64,000 nt of DNA from Thermoproteota archaeon (GTDB lineage: Archaea; Korarchaeota; JAOZGF01; JAOZFZ01): assembly GCA_027492035.1 (NCBI GenBank), contig JAOZFT010000035.1:85923-149922 (forward strand), written 5' to 3'. The translations under genes were made by a program, and so were the position numbers. How positions within the stretch are numbered: the stretch's first letter is position 1; each line of letters opens with the position of its first letter. This document shows, piece after piece, positions 39,766 to 49,394 of this stretch. Under the pieces are notes generated by a model that ran no database searches, was not told the origin of the DNA, and was given only the letters and a program-made list of their open reading frames with translations.

Positions 39766-41514
39766 ATGGTTGAGGAAAAAATGAAAAATGAAGTACTTAT
39801 CGAGCCCCTTACAAGGATAGAGGGACACTTAGCTATACATGCTGTTCCTGATCTAGAAACGAAAAAATACAAAAATGCTCACAGTTACGCGGTAATGTTT
39901 AGGGGGTTCGAGATAATTTTGAAGAATAGAGAACCTGCCGACGCTATATGGATAACTCAAAGGATTTGTGGGGTTTGCCCTGTCCCGCACGCTGTAGCAT
40001 CTGTAGAAACTGTAGATATGACGTACAAAGCCCCCCCAACTCCTTTCAGCATCGCTGTGAGGAACTTTGTCCATTTGTCTGAACAGCTTTATGACTCGCC
40101 ATTGGGATGCGGAATACTTGAGGGCCCGGATTACTCCGAACCAGTAGTTAAAAGGTTTAATCCTGAATGGTGGAGTTCTGCACAAGAAACAAAAGCTGAA
40201 CATTCAGATTTACATGGATACTCCACAATTGCAGACATAATGACTGCTCTAACTCCATTATCAGGCTCTTTATGGCTAAAATGTTTACAGATATCAAAAC
40301 TAGGTAGGAAAATGGCTTCCCTTTTCGGGGCTAAGCATCCTCATGTAGGCACTTTTGTTCCTGGCGGTGTAGGGAAAACTATCACAGCTACAGACCTAGA
40401 AATGTTTGCAGGTATGCTTTCCCAACACATAGCCTTTTCTAAAGAATTTGTTCCAGCCTTTGACGACCTACTAAATTTCCTAATAGGTATTGGTTACGAA
40501 GAAGCAGGTGCGAGGGCAGCTAACTTAATAAGCTACGGAAGCTATGAAGACCCTCATTCTTACAACGCCAAATATGAAGACATGTCTAAATGGGGAGAAA
40601 AGAGGAAAGTGACACCTGGTGTAGTAGTAAACAGAAACTTAATAACTACAGACTTGGTTGAAATAAACGTAGGCATAAGAGAATTCATCACTCATTCTTA
40701 CTACAATGAATGGGATGGAAGAGAAGTAGAGAGAGATCCCTTAGGCAATGAAATAGCTGCAGAGCATCCTTGGAACAAAGAAACAATACCTAGGCCAGAG
40801 CCCTCTAAACAATGGAACGGGAAGTACTCTTGGGGTACAGCCCCCAGGTGGCATGATTGGAAAAAACATATTGATGGAGGAATATATACTTTGGAAGCAG
40901 GGCCTATAGCAAGGATGTGGACAACTGCCCAAGCTAGGAAAGTTCCTGAATCTACAGGGAACAGTTTAAAATTTACTCTCCCCAAAGTCACTGTTGTAAC
41001 TGGTAAAGTTGCTGAAGAAATGACTTTCGAATGGAAAATTCCTGAGAAGGTGAATGCCATAGAAAGAATAAGAGCTAGAGCATATTATCATGCCTACAGT
41101 GCATACGTGGCTTACAACATGTTAATTGAAGCTTTGGAAATGGTTAAAAAGGGAGAAATTGAGATGTGGAATAAGTACAGGAGACCAAGGGAAGGAATAG
41201 GTGTAGGAATGATAGAAGCCATGAGAGGAGGTGTAGCCCACTGGTGCATAATGAAAAACGGAAGAATTCACAGGTATCAAATCATAACTCCAACAGCTTG
41301 GAATGAATCTCCTAGGGGACCAAACAATGAGCCTGGACCTTATGAAGAAGCAATTATAGGTACTCCAATAACAGAAGCTATAAGTTCAAGCCTTAACGGC
41401 ATAGATGCGGCAAGAGTTGTAAGAAGCTTCGATCCATGTCTAGCCTGCACAGTCCATGTTTACAATGGGAAAAAGAAAACAGTAAATGAAATTTCTCCAT
41501 ACTTCAACCTCTAA
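39766..41514 (+). CDS. [NiFe]-hydrogenase large subunit
   Basis: TRIEGH, L1 QRICGVCPVPH, L2 SFDPCLACTVH followed by a cleavable C-terminal extension. Confidence 0.95.
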   Translation: MVEEKMKNEVLIEPLTRIEGHLAIHAVPDLETKKYKNAHSYAVMFRGFEIILKNREPADAIWITQRICGVCPVPHAVASVETVDMTYKAPPTPFSIAVRNFVHLSEQLYDSPLGCGILEGPDYSEPVVKRFNPEWWSSAQETKAEHSDLHGYSTIADIMTALTPLSGSLWLKCLQISKLGRKMASLFGAKHPHVGTFVPGGVGKTITATDLEMFAGMLSQHIAFSKEFVPAFDDLLNFLIGIGYEEAGARAANLISYGSYEDPHSYNAKYEDMSKWGEKRKVTPGVVVNRNLITTDLVEINVGIREFITHSYYNEWDGREVERDPLGNEIAAEHPWNKETIPRPEPSKQWNGKYSWGTAPRWHDWKKHIDGGIYTLEAGPIARMWTTAQARKVPESTGNSLKFTLPKVTVVTGKVAEEMTFEWKIPEKVNAIERIRARAYYHAYSAYVAYNMLIEALEMVKKGEIEMWNKYRRPREGIGVGMIEAMRGGVAHWCIMKNGRIHRYQIITPTAWNESPRGPNNEPGPYEEAIIGTPITEAISSSLNGIDAARVVRSFDPCLACTVHVYNGKKKTVNEISPYFNL

Positions 41515-41984
41515 AACTCCCTTCTTACTTTTTCCGATATAATCCCTACAACTTTATTAACTGCTTCTCTAACTTTTGAGGAAAGCCCTACCCCAAACGA
41601 TAAGTCACCAGGTTGGCATCCTATCAAAAAAACTTTTTTAGGAGATTTCTCTAACGCTTTACTAAGCCTTAAAATTTCTTTCGGCCTAAGTTCATGGAAG
41701 CTCACAGTGATCATTTCAAAAAGGTCAGACTGACTAGCTTTCTCAGGTTTTACTTCTGAAATAAATATTTCACCTGGGGTTCCACCAAAATCCACAGCGT
41801 CAACAATTACTACTTCATCGAAATCCCCTATGTCATACAAAAGATCTAAACTGCTTGTTCCATATTCCCTAATTACTACATGTTTCGGAAACTCAATTTT
41901 AGATAATTGGTTCACTACTTCGCATCCGAAACCGTCATCTCTCCTTAGTTTATCTCCTACTCCAGCTATTAATACTCTCTCCAT
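41511..41984 (-). CDS. Hydrogenase maturation endopeptidase (HybD/HycI family)
   Basis: GVGD.LRRDDGFG, IVDAVD, SFHE, GCQP; start moved to the ATG at 41984 (MERVLIAG). Confidence 0.9.
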   Translation of the reverse strand: MERVLIAGVGDKLRRDDGFGCEVVNQLSKIEFPKHVVIREYGTSSLDLLYDIGDFDEVVIVDAVDFGGTPGEIFISEVKPEKASQSDLFEMITVSFHELRPKEILRLSKALEKSPKKVFLIGCQPGDLSFGVGLSSKVREAVNKVVGIISEKVRREF

Positions 41985-42172
41985 GATTTTTCCTCGCTCC
42001 AAATTTCTCTTCAAAATAAGCTTTGAGTATAGAAAAAGGAAAATCAAAGAATTCAAAAACTTTCTTAAAACCTTTTTGTTGGCAAATTTTATGCTTAAAG
42101 TTTTTCTGTGCCTTACAATCTTCAACTTGATAAAACCTTTTTTAAAGAGAAACGTAAGAAAAGCCTTGATTC

Positions 42173-42985
42173 CTATTTAAACTTTTTTCTAAGTAATTCT
42201 TTAATCAAAGGTATTTCCTCGATCTCCCTTTTCTTCAGTTGCTGCCAGTAAATTCCCTTAGGTTTCAAATGTTTATTTCTGGTATTAATTATTTTTGAAG
42301 GTGTAACTAATATATCCAAAGGAGTGTCGTGAGGCTTCATCGGAACAAAAGGCACTATCTGGATTTCATGTACAGTGGTTGCTACAGGTGTTGACTCTCT
42401 AATTGAGCCGTATTCTCTCAATAACCCATATTCTAAATCTGAGTAGCCGTGGCCTTTACCTAACCTGCCTCCACTAAGGTCTACCGCCACACAACCTGTT
42501 ACCACTAAATCAACTTCAATTGTTGAGGGATGAACAGGTTTACCGTACTTAAAGGCTCCCTTAATAGTTGATGCCTCTTTAAACCTTTTCTTCGGTATTT
42601 GGTTTGGATCCAGTAAAAGGAAACCCCTTCTTAACCTAGGAGTAGCCATTACAAGTTTCTTTCTATCTATTAAAACGTTCATCCTCACAGGTTTCTGAGG
42701 TGAATCAGGGTTACAAAAAACAGTTTCAGCATCAAGGTATTCCCTTGCTTTCCTCAATTTAAAACTTGCTTCATTACTCCCCTTAAAGTTAGGTATTCTA
42801 CCTTGGACAGGTTTCGGAAACAAAGCAATGTTTCTTTCCTCCATAATCCTCCAAATTTTTTCTCTTATTTCTTCTTTAGTGAAGCTTCCACCTATTTCTT
42901 CTTTGAAATACAAAGGGGAGCACCTGAAAAATTTTCCCTTCAAATTTTTCTGTTTAAAAAGCTTTATTCCATAATATTTCAACAT
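42173..42985 (-). CDS. 5-formyltetrahydrofolate cyclo-ligase family protein (COG0212 archaeal type); start uncertain
   Basis: RIPNFKG, NPDSPQ, PRLR, GRLGKGHGYSDLE and TTVHEIQ motifs. Confidence 0.85.
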   Translation of the reverse strand: MLKYYGIKLFKQKNLKGKFFRCSPLYFKEEIGGSFTKEEIREKIWRIMEERNIALFPKPVQGRIPNFKGSNEASFKLRKAREYLDAETVFCNPDSPQKPVRMNVLIDRKKLVMATPRLRRGFLLLDPNQIPKKRFKEASTIKGAFKYGKPVHPSTIEVDLVVTGCVAVDLSGGRLGKGHGYSDLEYGLLREYGSIRESTPVATTVHEIQIVPFVPMKPHDTPLDILVTPSKIINTRNKHLKPKGIYWQQLKKREIEEIPLIKELLRKKFK

Positions 42986-43141
42986 CTAAACTAAATCTAT
43001 TCCTCCCCAACATTTTTTATCTAATCTTCGATACATCTGTAATTTAATATGTCCTTAATTGCCTTTATCCTTTAAACATTCTCAGAACTTATATTTTAAA
43101 ACAAAATAAGATGGTTATGATAAAAAACATGTGTCAATAGG

Positions 43142-43567
43142 CTAAGGTGGTAGCATCACTGTTGTTTCTGTTTTCTTTAGCCCTCGCATCTTCAAATCTT
43201 TATACAATTTAACTAGTTTCTCCAGATCCTTAGTTGAGTAAAGTATTTTTCCCTCCTCCAGTGCATCTACTATCAATGGGTTTCCCTTCTTCAACATTTC
43301 CAAAGCCTCACATAACCTATATGGATGGGGCTCGATATTTATTGGTACATTACCTATTATCTCCAGTACCTTCTTTATTCTATCCAAGTATTTCTCTTTG
43401 AAATCAGATATTATCAATAGGTCGTAGTCGCTCCATGGAATCCAGTCTCCTCTTGCCCTTGAACCAAAAAGTATTACAGCCTTTACACGGAACATCTCAA
43501 CTAAATATTTTACAACGTTTCTTAGCCAGTCATTTTCATTATTCATAGGACACCTTTCCCCTAACAT
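43142..43567 (-). CDS. Minimal nucleotidyltransferase (MNT) antitoxin
   Basis: LFGSRARGD...SDYDLLII; overlaps the HEPN gene. Confidence 0.9.
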   Translation of the reverse strand: MLGERCPMNNENDWLRNVVKYLVEMFRVKAVILFGSRARGDWIPWSDYDLLIISDFKEKYLDRIKKVLEIIGNVPINIEPHPYRLCEALEMLKKGNPLIVDALEEGKILYSTKDLEKLVKLYKDLKMRGLKKTETTVMLPP

Positions 43568-43928
43568 AATCTATTATCTTCTTCGCTGCTTCTAATGCAT
43601 TCATAGATGTCTTCTCGTCATAGGCTTGGTGTGGAGTTCCTGAAGGATGAACATTTGGATATCTTGACGGTATATAGTGTCTATCTAGTTCTCTAGCATA
43701 ACTTAATAACTCCTGATTTACATCTAAGGCTCTTCCCCTAAAATATCTCTCGAACAGTACTCTAACACTGTGACCCCATGGCGCCTCATTGACATGGTAT
43801 AATAATGCCTTAACAGCCTTCTCAGCTGATTGATGAGCATAGAATGCAGCAGCATTATATCTCTTCTCACGATGAAGAATCATAGCTGTTTCATAATCCC
43901 ATAAAGCTTCATCCAGCCATCTAATCAC
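43539..43928 (-). CDS. HEPN domain protein
   Basis: HQSAEKAVKA, GHSV and LDRHYIPSRYP motifs. Confidence 0.9.
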   Translation of the reverse strand: MIRWLDEALWDYETAMILHREKRYNAAAFYAHQSAEKAVKALLYHVNEAPWGHSVRVLFERYFRGRALDVNQELLSYARELDRHYIPSRYPNVHPSGTPHQAYDEKTSMNALEAAKKIIDYVRGKVSYE

Positions 43929-44249
43929 TTCATCTCTCAGAGACTACACCTCTAATATATAAATTTTATAAACCATCAACTATGTAGCTTCCCATCTATA
44001 AAACTTAGATGAGAGATAAAGAAAAACATTTCTGTTAGAATAAATCAGATAAAATGCTTGTTAAGCCTCAGCTAATCTCTAATACTATTTAGTTATCCAT
44101 TACTGTAATTACTAAACTCTCTATTTCCGGATGTAGAAATTCTAGTTCTTAATAGCTACTGACAGCAGGCAGGCATGCTAGTAATCTAAAAATACCGATG
44201 TAATATTATCTATTAGTGCCATCAAGGTTTAAACCCTACCTTTATAAAA

Positions 44250-44388
44250 GCACTAAAGAAGTATGGAAAGCAGTGCATGGTTGTTGTGGATGTCAATGCG
44301 GCTCCTCCCCCTAAGTGCTGAAGGACTTAAAACTGCTGGCAGCGATGTTGAGATACTGCCTGTGGTCGAGAAAATCGGAGTCCAGTAG
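44250..44388 (+). pseudogene. Frameshifted fragment resembling an NAD(P)-dependent methylene-H4MPT dehydrogenase (MtdA/B family) C-terminal region
   Basis: Removing one C from the C-run gives LKKYGKQCMVVVDVNAAPPLSAEGLKTAGSDVEILPVVEKIG, similar to the D.NA.PPLG..G motif of Mtd enzymes. Confidence 0.45.
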
Positions 44389-44510
44389 TACAAAGCCTGA
44401 GAACAGATTATTTCAATAATTATACTTTTAATACGCGCTCTTGATTCTATGCTCCCTGGTTCACAATTATGCTATCTAACAAGTTGCTGGAAGCTTTTAC
44501 TAAATTACTC

Positions 44511-45431
44511 TCACTCCTTCACAACTTTGTTCCTTATTTTCCCTATTTTCTCAATTTCAATTTCTACTACATCTCCCTCCCTTAAAAATTTAGGTTTAGG
44601 TTTAAAAGCGAAACCCACACCTGCAGGTGTCCCTGTAGCAATTACATCCCCTGGTTTAAGCGTCATTCCTTGACTTAATACAGAAATTATTTTCTGAATT
44701 TTCAAAGCCATTTTGTTTGTATTAGAATTTTGTCTAACTTCTCCATTCACTTTAGTTATTATTTTTAGGTTGTGCGGGTTCCTTATTTCATCTTTTGTAA
44801 CAATCCAAGGTCCCATGGGAGAGAAGGTGTCGTAACTTTTTCCCCTAGTCCATTGCCTGTCTTTGAATTGAATATCCCTTGCTGATACATCGTTGCAAAT
44901 GGTGTAACCGAGTACATGGTTCATTGCTTCACTTTCTTCTATGTACTTACCTTCTAAACCTATCACTACCGCTAATTCTCCTTCATAATCTAATTTTTTA
45001 GTTATTTTAGGCCAAATAATTTCATCAAAAGGACCTGTCAATGAAGTTTGTGGTTTAAAAAAGATGACTGGTTCATCTGGAGGAGTTAAACCTTGTTCTT
45101 GAGCATGATCCACGTAGTTAAGCCCTAAAAAAATAAGTTTGGGAGGACTTAAAATTGGAGGTAAAATATGGACGTTACTTACTTCTTCTGAAAATTTTAA
45201 GCATTCCCTGTAAAGGGATTTGTCTGTGAAAACCTTCTTAAAAGTTTCTAAAAAACCATGTTTCATAACCTCTTCTACTCTGTGGGGCAGTTCCAACCCT
45301 GTTACTTCCGAAAGTTTCTGGAATGAAATGAAGTTTTTCCGGTTCAACATTAAACCTGCAAACCTAGAACTATTTTTCTCGTAACTAATAAACTTCAAAC
45401 TTTTTCCACCATTTTTCACTTTTCCTTTCAA
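44511..45431 (-). CDS. Fumarylacetoacetate hydrolase family protein
   Basis: GLNYVDH, DYEGEL, NDVSARD, GKSYDTF and GDVIATGTP motifs. Confidence 0.92.
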   Translation of the reverse strand: MKGKVKNGGKSLKFISYEKNSSRFAGLMLNRKNFISFQKLSEVTGLELPHRVEEVMKHGFLETFKKVFTDKSLYRECLKFSEEVSNVHILPPILSPPKLIFLGLNYVDHAQEQGLTPPDEPVIFFKPQTSLTGPFDEIIWPKITKKLDYEGELAVVIGLEGKYIEESEAMNHVLGYTICNDVSARDIQFKDRQWTRGKSYDTFSPMGPWIVTKDEIRNPHNLKIITKVNGEVRQNSNTNKMALKIQKIISVLSQGMTLKPGDVIATGTPAGVGFAFKPKPKFLREGDVVEIEIEKIGKIRNKVVKE

Positions 45432-45661
45432 GAAACTGTTTTGTGAAACAGAATAATTTTCTCCCGGAAAATAAAAACCTTTCCTTGAAGAATTAAAGAA
45501 ATAAAGTGAATCAGTTAAATTTTTTAAAAAGAGGTTATCTTTTTGAAAAGAGGGCCTCTTTAAAAAATCCTACTGGAACAGTTGCGCTGAAACTTTCTTT
45601 TTTATGTCAAGAAAGTGTAACCTTACAATGTAAAAAGGGTGGGGGAACGGAAAGGTAAGAA

Positions 45662-48202
45662 GTGTTTTGCATGTTTAAACTGCATAATTTAACAAGTAAG
45701 GAAGTATTCTTTTTCGCAATTGCCTCAACTCTTTTGTTAATTCAAGTAATGTCTCCTGCGTCACCCACCCCAAATGATGAACCTTTCAAATTGACTCTAA
45801 GGGTAGAAAACGAAGTAATACCTAGGCCATCCACCCAAAATTTCTTTGTGGTATTAATAAATAATAACGTAAGGAGACATGTTGAATTGTTTGTTTCTTT
45901 GGTGAAAAGAGGGGAAGTTCTTGAACAGAAAAGTTACACAGTTTTTTTAGACCCTAAGGAAATAGTTAATTTAACAGATTCTTTAACTTTCAAGCCATCC
46001 CTGAAACCTGGGATTTACCTTTTGCTTGTCCAAACTTTTATAGATAATTCTCAAATCAATGTCTCGCAACCAGTATTTGTTTTTCCCTCCCTCAAAGAAA
46101 TATACGTTCTCTTTCAGAAATATGTTGAAATTAAAACTTTCTCTGAAGAAGCTGAAACACTTTCAAATAAAGGATTAATAAAAACAAATTTCTCGAGGTT
46201 AATCAACGAAACCAATTTCTTAATAAATAGTTGCCTTAAACTTCGCCACGAAAAAAAATTTGTTGAAGCCACTAAAGCTTATGAAAAAGCTGAAATTAAC
46301 ATGAATTTGCTTAATAAAGAGAAAATAAAAATGGAAAGAAGCTTATTCATTTATAAACTGCTCAGTTCCATAGAAGACTCCTTAAGTTTCGACGCTAAAA
46401 TAATTTTTGGCTTTTGGTGGAATTTCATAGTGGGTTCACTGTTTGTTTTCATAATTTTCCTTATTGTTTTCCCGATCTACACTTCAAGCCCTATTTTGTG
46501 GATTGAAAACTTTAAAGTTCTCTTTCCACATTCTCCAGCAACTGAAACAGAGAAAACCATATTGTATCTTAAAAACGAGTTAGGTAAAAGGATTGATTTA
46601 TTATTGTCTCAAGCCTTTGAAACAATAAAAATGGATATTAGAATACTTTTCTTAACAGCTGTAGCAGGTATCATAGCTGCAATAGGTTTATTAACCAATA
46701 ACGTAGCTGTTCTTATAGGGTCTATGCTTATCTCCCCCATCATGGTTATTGCAGTGGCAGACACTTATGGATGGATCTTGTCAGGTAAAAAAACAGCTAA
46801 GGGAATAACTGGGGAATATGTTTTTAGAAAAGGGTTTTCAAATGAACTTAAAGGAGTGTTAGCAGCTGTACTTAGTTCTTACCTAGTAGTTTCTTTCTTG
46901 AGTTTCTTTATGTCCATAACTCCTTCTTCTCTGCTTATGTCACGTGCAGCCCCTAATTTCAGCGATTTAGCAATAGCTATAGGTGCAGGCTTTGCAGGGG
47001 CAGTAGCACTTGCAGGCCGTAGAAAAGAAATAAGTTTGTTAGTTGGGTCAGCAATAGCTATAGCCTTGATTCCTCCAGCTTCAGCCTTAGGTATAGGGTT
47101 AGCGATTCTAAGAGCAGATATTGCGTTTGGTGCTGCTTCTTTGTTAATAGTTAACCTTATCGCCATTAAATTTTCAAGTTACTTAACAGCAGCCATGTAT
47201 CTTTTATACCCCCTGTTTAAAGAAATATATTTTAAAGTTAGAGATTTCTGGCTTAAGGGTGACACTTATTCCTTAATGAGCTTAATAAAGAACTTGTTCA
47301 TTTATTGGGCCTGTGTAAGTTTAAGCGTCACTCCACCGTTTGGAAGAGAAGAAATTAAAGGTGCCTATTCATTTTTCAAAAAATTCCAGCCACTAATATG
47401 GAAAACTTTCAAAAAATTCGTAACTTTCATAATTACTCCCCTCTTCCTTATTTGGTTTTTCGGTTTAATAGTATCTACCCCAGTGTCTGCAGCACCTTCC
47501 CTACTCATCAGTTCCCTTGCAAAATTCCTTTCAAACTTATACTCAACTTTAACGCTTCAAGTTACACAAAATATTTTACTTGAACAAATCCTGAACATAC
47601 TAAAAACCTTAATTATCTATTTACTTCCCATCTTTCTTGTCTCCATAACCCTCGTTTACTCTCTTCGAATCCTTAAAAATAAAGAATTAAACAAAGGAAC
47701 ACTTCTGAAGTTTTCTGTTTCATCCTTTCTTCTCTGGCTTTTTTCAAGTTACCTCTTCAATTTTCAATTTTTCCCGAAAATTTTAACAATTTACACATTG
47801 TTTTTCTTACTAGGATGCTTAATTGTGGTGGAATGGAGAAAACTGAAAAAATACAGGTCCAGAATTATGCTCTACGGTTTCGTAGTTTTCTCCCTCATCT
47901 ACGTAACTTTCCAAAGTATCCAAGTTTACCAAACAAGTGTGTACGCAGTAAATGTCCCCCATATAAACACTGTTTCGAAGGAAGTAATAGCTGCTTACCT
48001 AAACTTACCAACCGAAAACCTGCTTGTCGACTCCTCCTTAAAAAAGGGGATTCTAAAAGTTGAAGCTGAAGTTAGGATGCCTCTTAAAAACATTTCAAAA
48101 TACCAGTTGAGCAAAACACAAATTGAACAATTAAACGAAATACTCACCTCAATCACGGGTTACCAAACAGAAGTAACCCTCAAATACATAATCTCCACTT
48201 AA
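45662..48202 (+). CDS. Large membrane protein with DUF389 (TIGR00341-like) core
   Basis: IAAIGLL.N..AVLIGSMLISP and AIAIALIPP motifs; signal peptide plus soluble N-terminal region; extra TM helices. Confidence 0.78.
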   Translation: MFCMFKLHNLTSKEVFFFAIASTLLLIQVMSPASPTPNDEPFKLTLRVENEVIPRPSTQNFFVVLINNNVRRHVELFVSLVKRGEVLEQKSYTVFLDPKEIVNLTDSLTFKPSLKPGIYLLLVQTFIDNSQINVSQPVFVFPSLKEIYVLFQKYVEIKTFSEEAETLSNKGLIKTNFSRLINETNFLINSCLKLRHEKKFVEATKAYEKAEINMNLLNKEKIKMERSLFIYKLLSSIEDSLSFDAKIIFGFWWNFIVGSLFVFIIFLIVFPIYTSSPILWIENFKVLFPHSPATETEKTILYLKNELGKRIDLLLSQAFETIKMDIRILFLTAVAGIIAAIGLLTNNVAVLIGSMLISPIMVIAVADTYGWILSGKKTAKGITGEYVFRKGFSNELKGVLAAVLSSYLVVSFLSFFMSITPSSLLMSRAAPNFSDLAIAIGAGFAGAVALAGRRKEISLLVGSAIAIALIPPASALGIGLAILRADIAFGAASLLIVNLIAIKFSSYLTAAMYLLYPLFKEIYFKVRDFWLKGDTYSLMSLIKNLFIYWACVSLSVTPPFGREEIKGAYSFFKKFQPLIWKTFKKFVTFIITPLFLIWFFGLIVSTPVSAAPSLLISSLAKFLSNLYSTLTLQVTQNILLEQILNILKTLIIYLLPIFLVSITLVYSLRILKNKELNKGTLLKFSVSSFLLWLFSSYLFNFQFFPKILTIYTLFFLLGCLIVVEWRKLKKYRSRIMLYGFVVFSLIYVTFQSIQVYQTSVYAVNVPHINTVSKEVIAAYLNLPTENLLVDSSLKKGILKVEAEVRMPLKNISKYQLSKTQIEQLNEILTSITGYQTEVTLKYIIST

Positions 48203-48407
48203 CCTTTCCATCCATTTATTTAAAACTCTTTAATGTACTTTGCGAAGCTGAACCCGAAAGGGAGAACTTCAAATTGAATAAGAGTCGGTGGAAATTCAAT
48301 TAGTTGAGTCAGATATATTCACCGGGTAACTTGTAAAGTGAAGTTTTCCAAAAGGGAAATTTGTTTTTGTCTGTTAGGCTTATGTTAAAGCTGAAGGGTT
48401 CTTGAAG

Positions 48408-48623
48408 TTAAAGGTATCCCAGGGCTCTAAGTCTCTTCTTTATTTCCTCTTCCTCTTCAGGTGTAAAAACATTTTCTTCTCCCTCTTCCTTAACAACTTC
48501 ACTCAAAACAAACTCTACAAATTCCTCAACATTCTTGAATTCTCCTTTGCTCTCCTTAACCTTCGCCTCTATTTTTTCATATAAACTCCTTGAAATATTT
48601 ACAGGAACAGTGTCCTTAGGCAT
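48408..48623 (-). CDS. CopG/ribbon-helix-helix family protein
   Basis: VPVNISRSLYEKI...F.NVEEFVEFVL; C-terminal EEEEIKKRLRALGYL. Confidence 0.8.
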   Translation of the reverse strand: MPKDTVPVNISRSLYEKIEAKVKESKGEFKNVEEFVEFVLSEVVKEEGEENVFTPEEEEEIKKRLRALGYL

Positions 48624-48736
48624 CCAACCACCTCAATTACCAAGCTTCGTTTTGATTTCTTATTAAATCTTTATAATTTTTTTACTTAGAATGTTTTTAT
48701 CAACTGTGTTCTGTAAGGTGATTTTTTCTTTAAGGC

Positions 48737-49077
48737 ATGGGAAGGAGGGGGTGATAGAAGGCATAGATGGATGTACTATTTAACAGGGATGCCTGGTTGG
48801 CTTAGATTCAGATTCTTACCTGGATGGATTGAGAGGTCACCTACAGGTTTACCTCCAACTGCACAGTGGCTTGTTTTAAGTGGTCTAACTTCTATAGTAC
48901 ATGTCTTGTCTAATGCAAACTACACCTTTAACACCGATGGCCCCACCTGTTACACTTGGTCTACCGAGTATGCTAGGGCCGCCAAAGGAGCAGGAAAAAT
49001 TAATGCTTGAGCAGCAAATGAAGCCTTTAAAGGCTCAGCTGGAAGCCATTAAGAAGAGACTTGAAGAATTAAAGTGA
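48737..49077 (+). pseudogene. DUF5320-like protein, frameshifted
   Basis: RHRWMYYLTGMPGWLRF...SPTGLPP in one frame; KEQEKLMLEQQMKPLKAQLEAIKKRLEELK* in another. Confidence 0.65.
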
Positions 49078-49101
49078 AACAGTTAAGAAGGAAGGGAGGA
49101 G

Positions 49102-49394
49102 ATGCCTAAGGAATGGAGGTTTATGTGGATGTGATGGTTTCCAAGGATTTATTGGTCATGGACTGGTTGGTGGTTTTGGAGGTGTAGATTCTTCCCCTGG
49201 CTTCCAAGATGGTGGTGGACAGGGATCTATGTACCAGTCACATGGGCACCTTACGATCCAATGACCCTTCGGTTACACATCTCCACCCCCACCCACTAAA
49301 ACTGAATCAGGGTATCTGAAGGAACAGAAAAGGATACTTGAAGAAGAACTAAAGGAAATAGAGAGGAGGAATTGAGGAAATTAGAGGAATCAAA
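49102..49394 (+). pseudogene. Second DUF5320-like Trp-rich / coiled-coil gene, disrupted
   Basis: GGAGG SD and ATG; early TGA; RCRFFPWLPRWWWTG, then YLKEQKRILEEELKEIER in a shifted frame. Confidence 0.55.

Noticed and set aside
39766-41514. [NiFeSe] hydrogenase or selenocysteine recoding
   Set aside because: The L2 motif is DPCLAC with Cys codons and there is no in-frame TGA.
41985-42125. N-terminal 47 aa of the ORF-track protease call
   Set aside because: Low-complexity translation of AT-rich promoter DNA; family similarity starts at MERVLIAG.
386-47583. Many 60-140 aa ORFs antisense to or nested in recognised genes (for example 386-703, 2467-2862, 9429-9854, 37389-37883, 40701-41060)
   Set aside because: Shadow ORFs of well-supported genes, with no motifs or independent translation signals.
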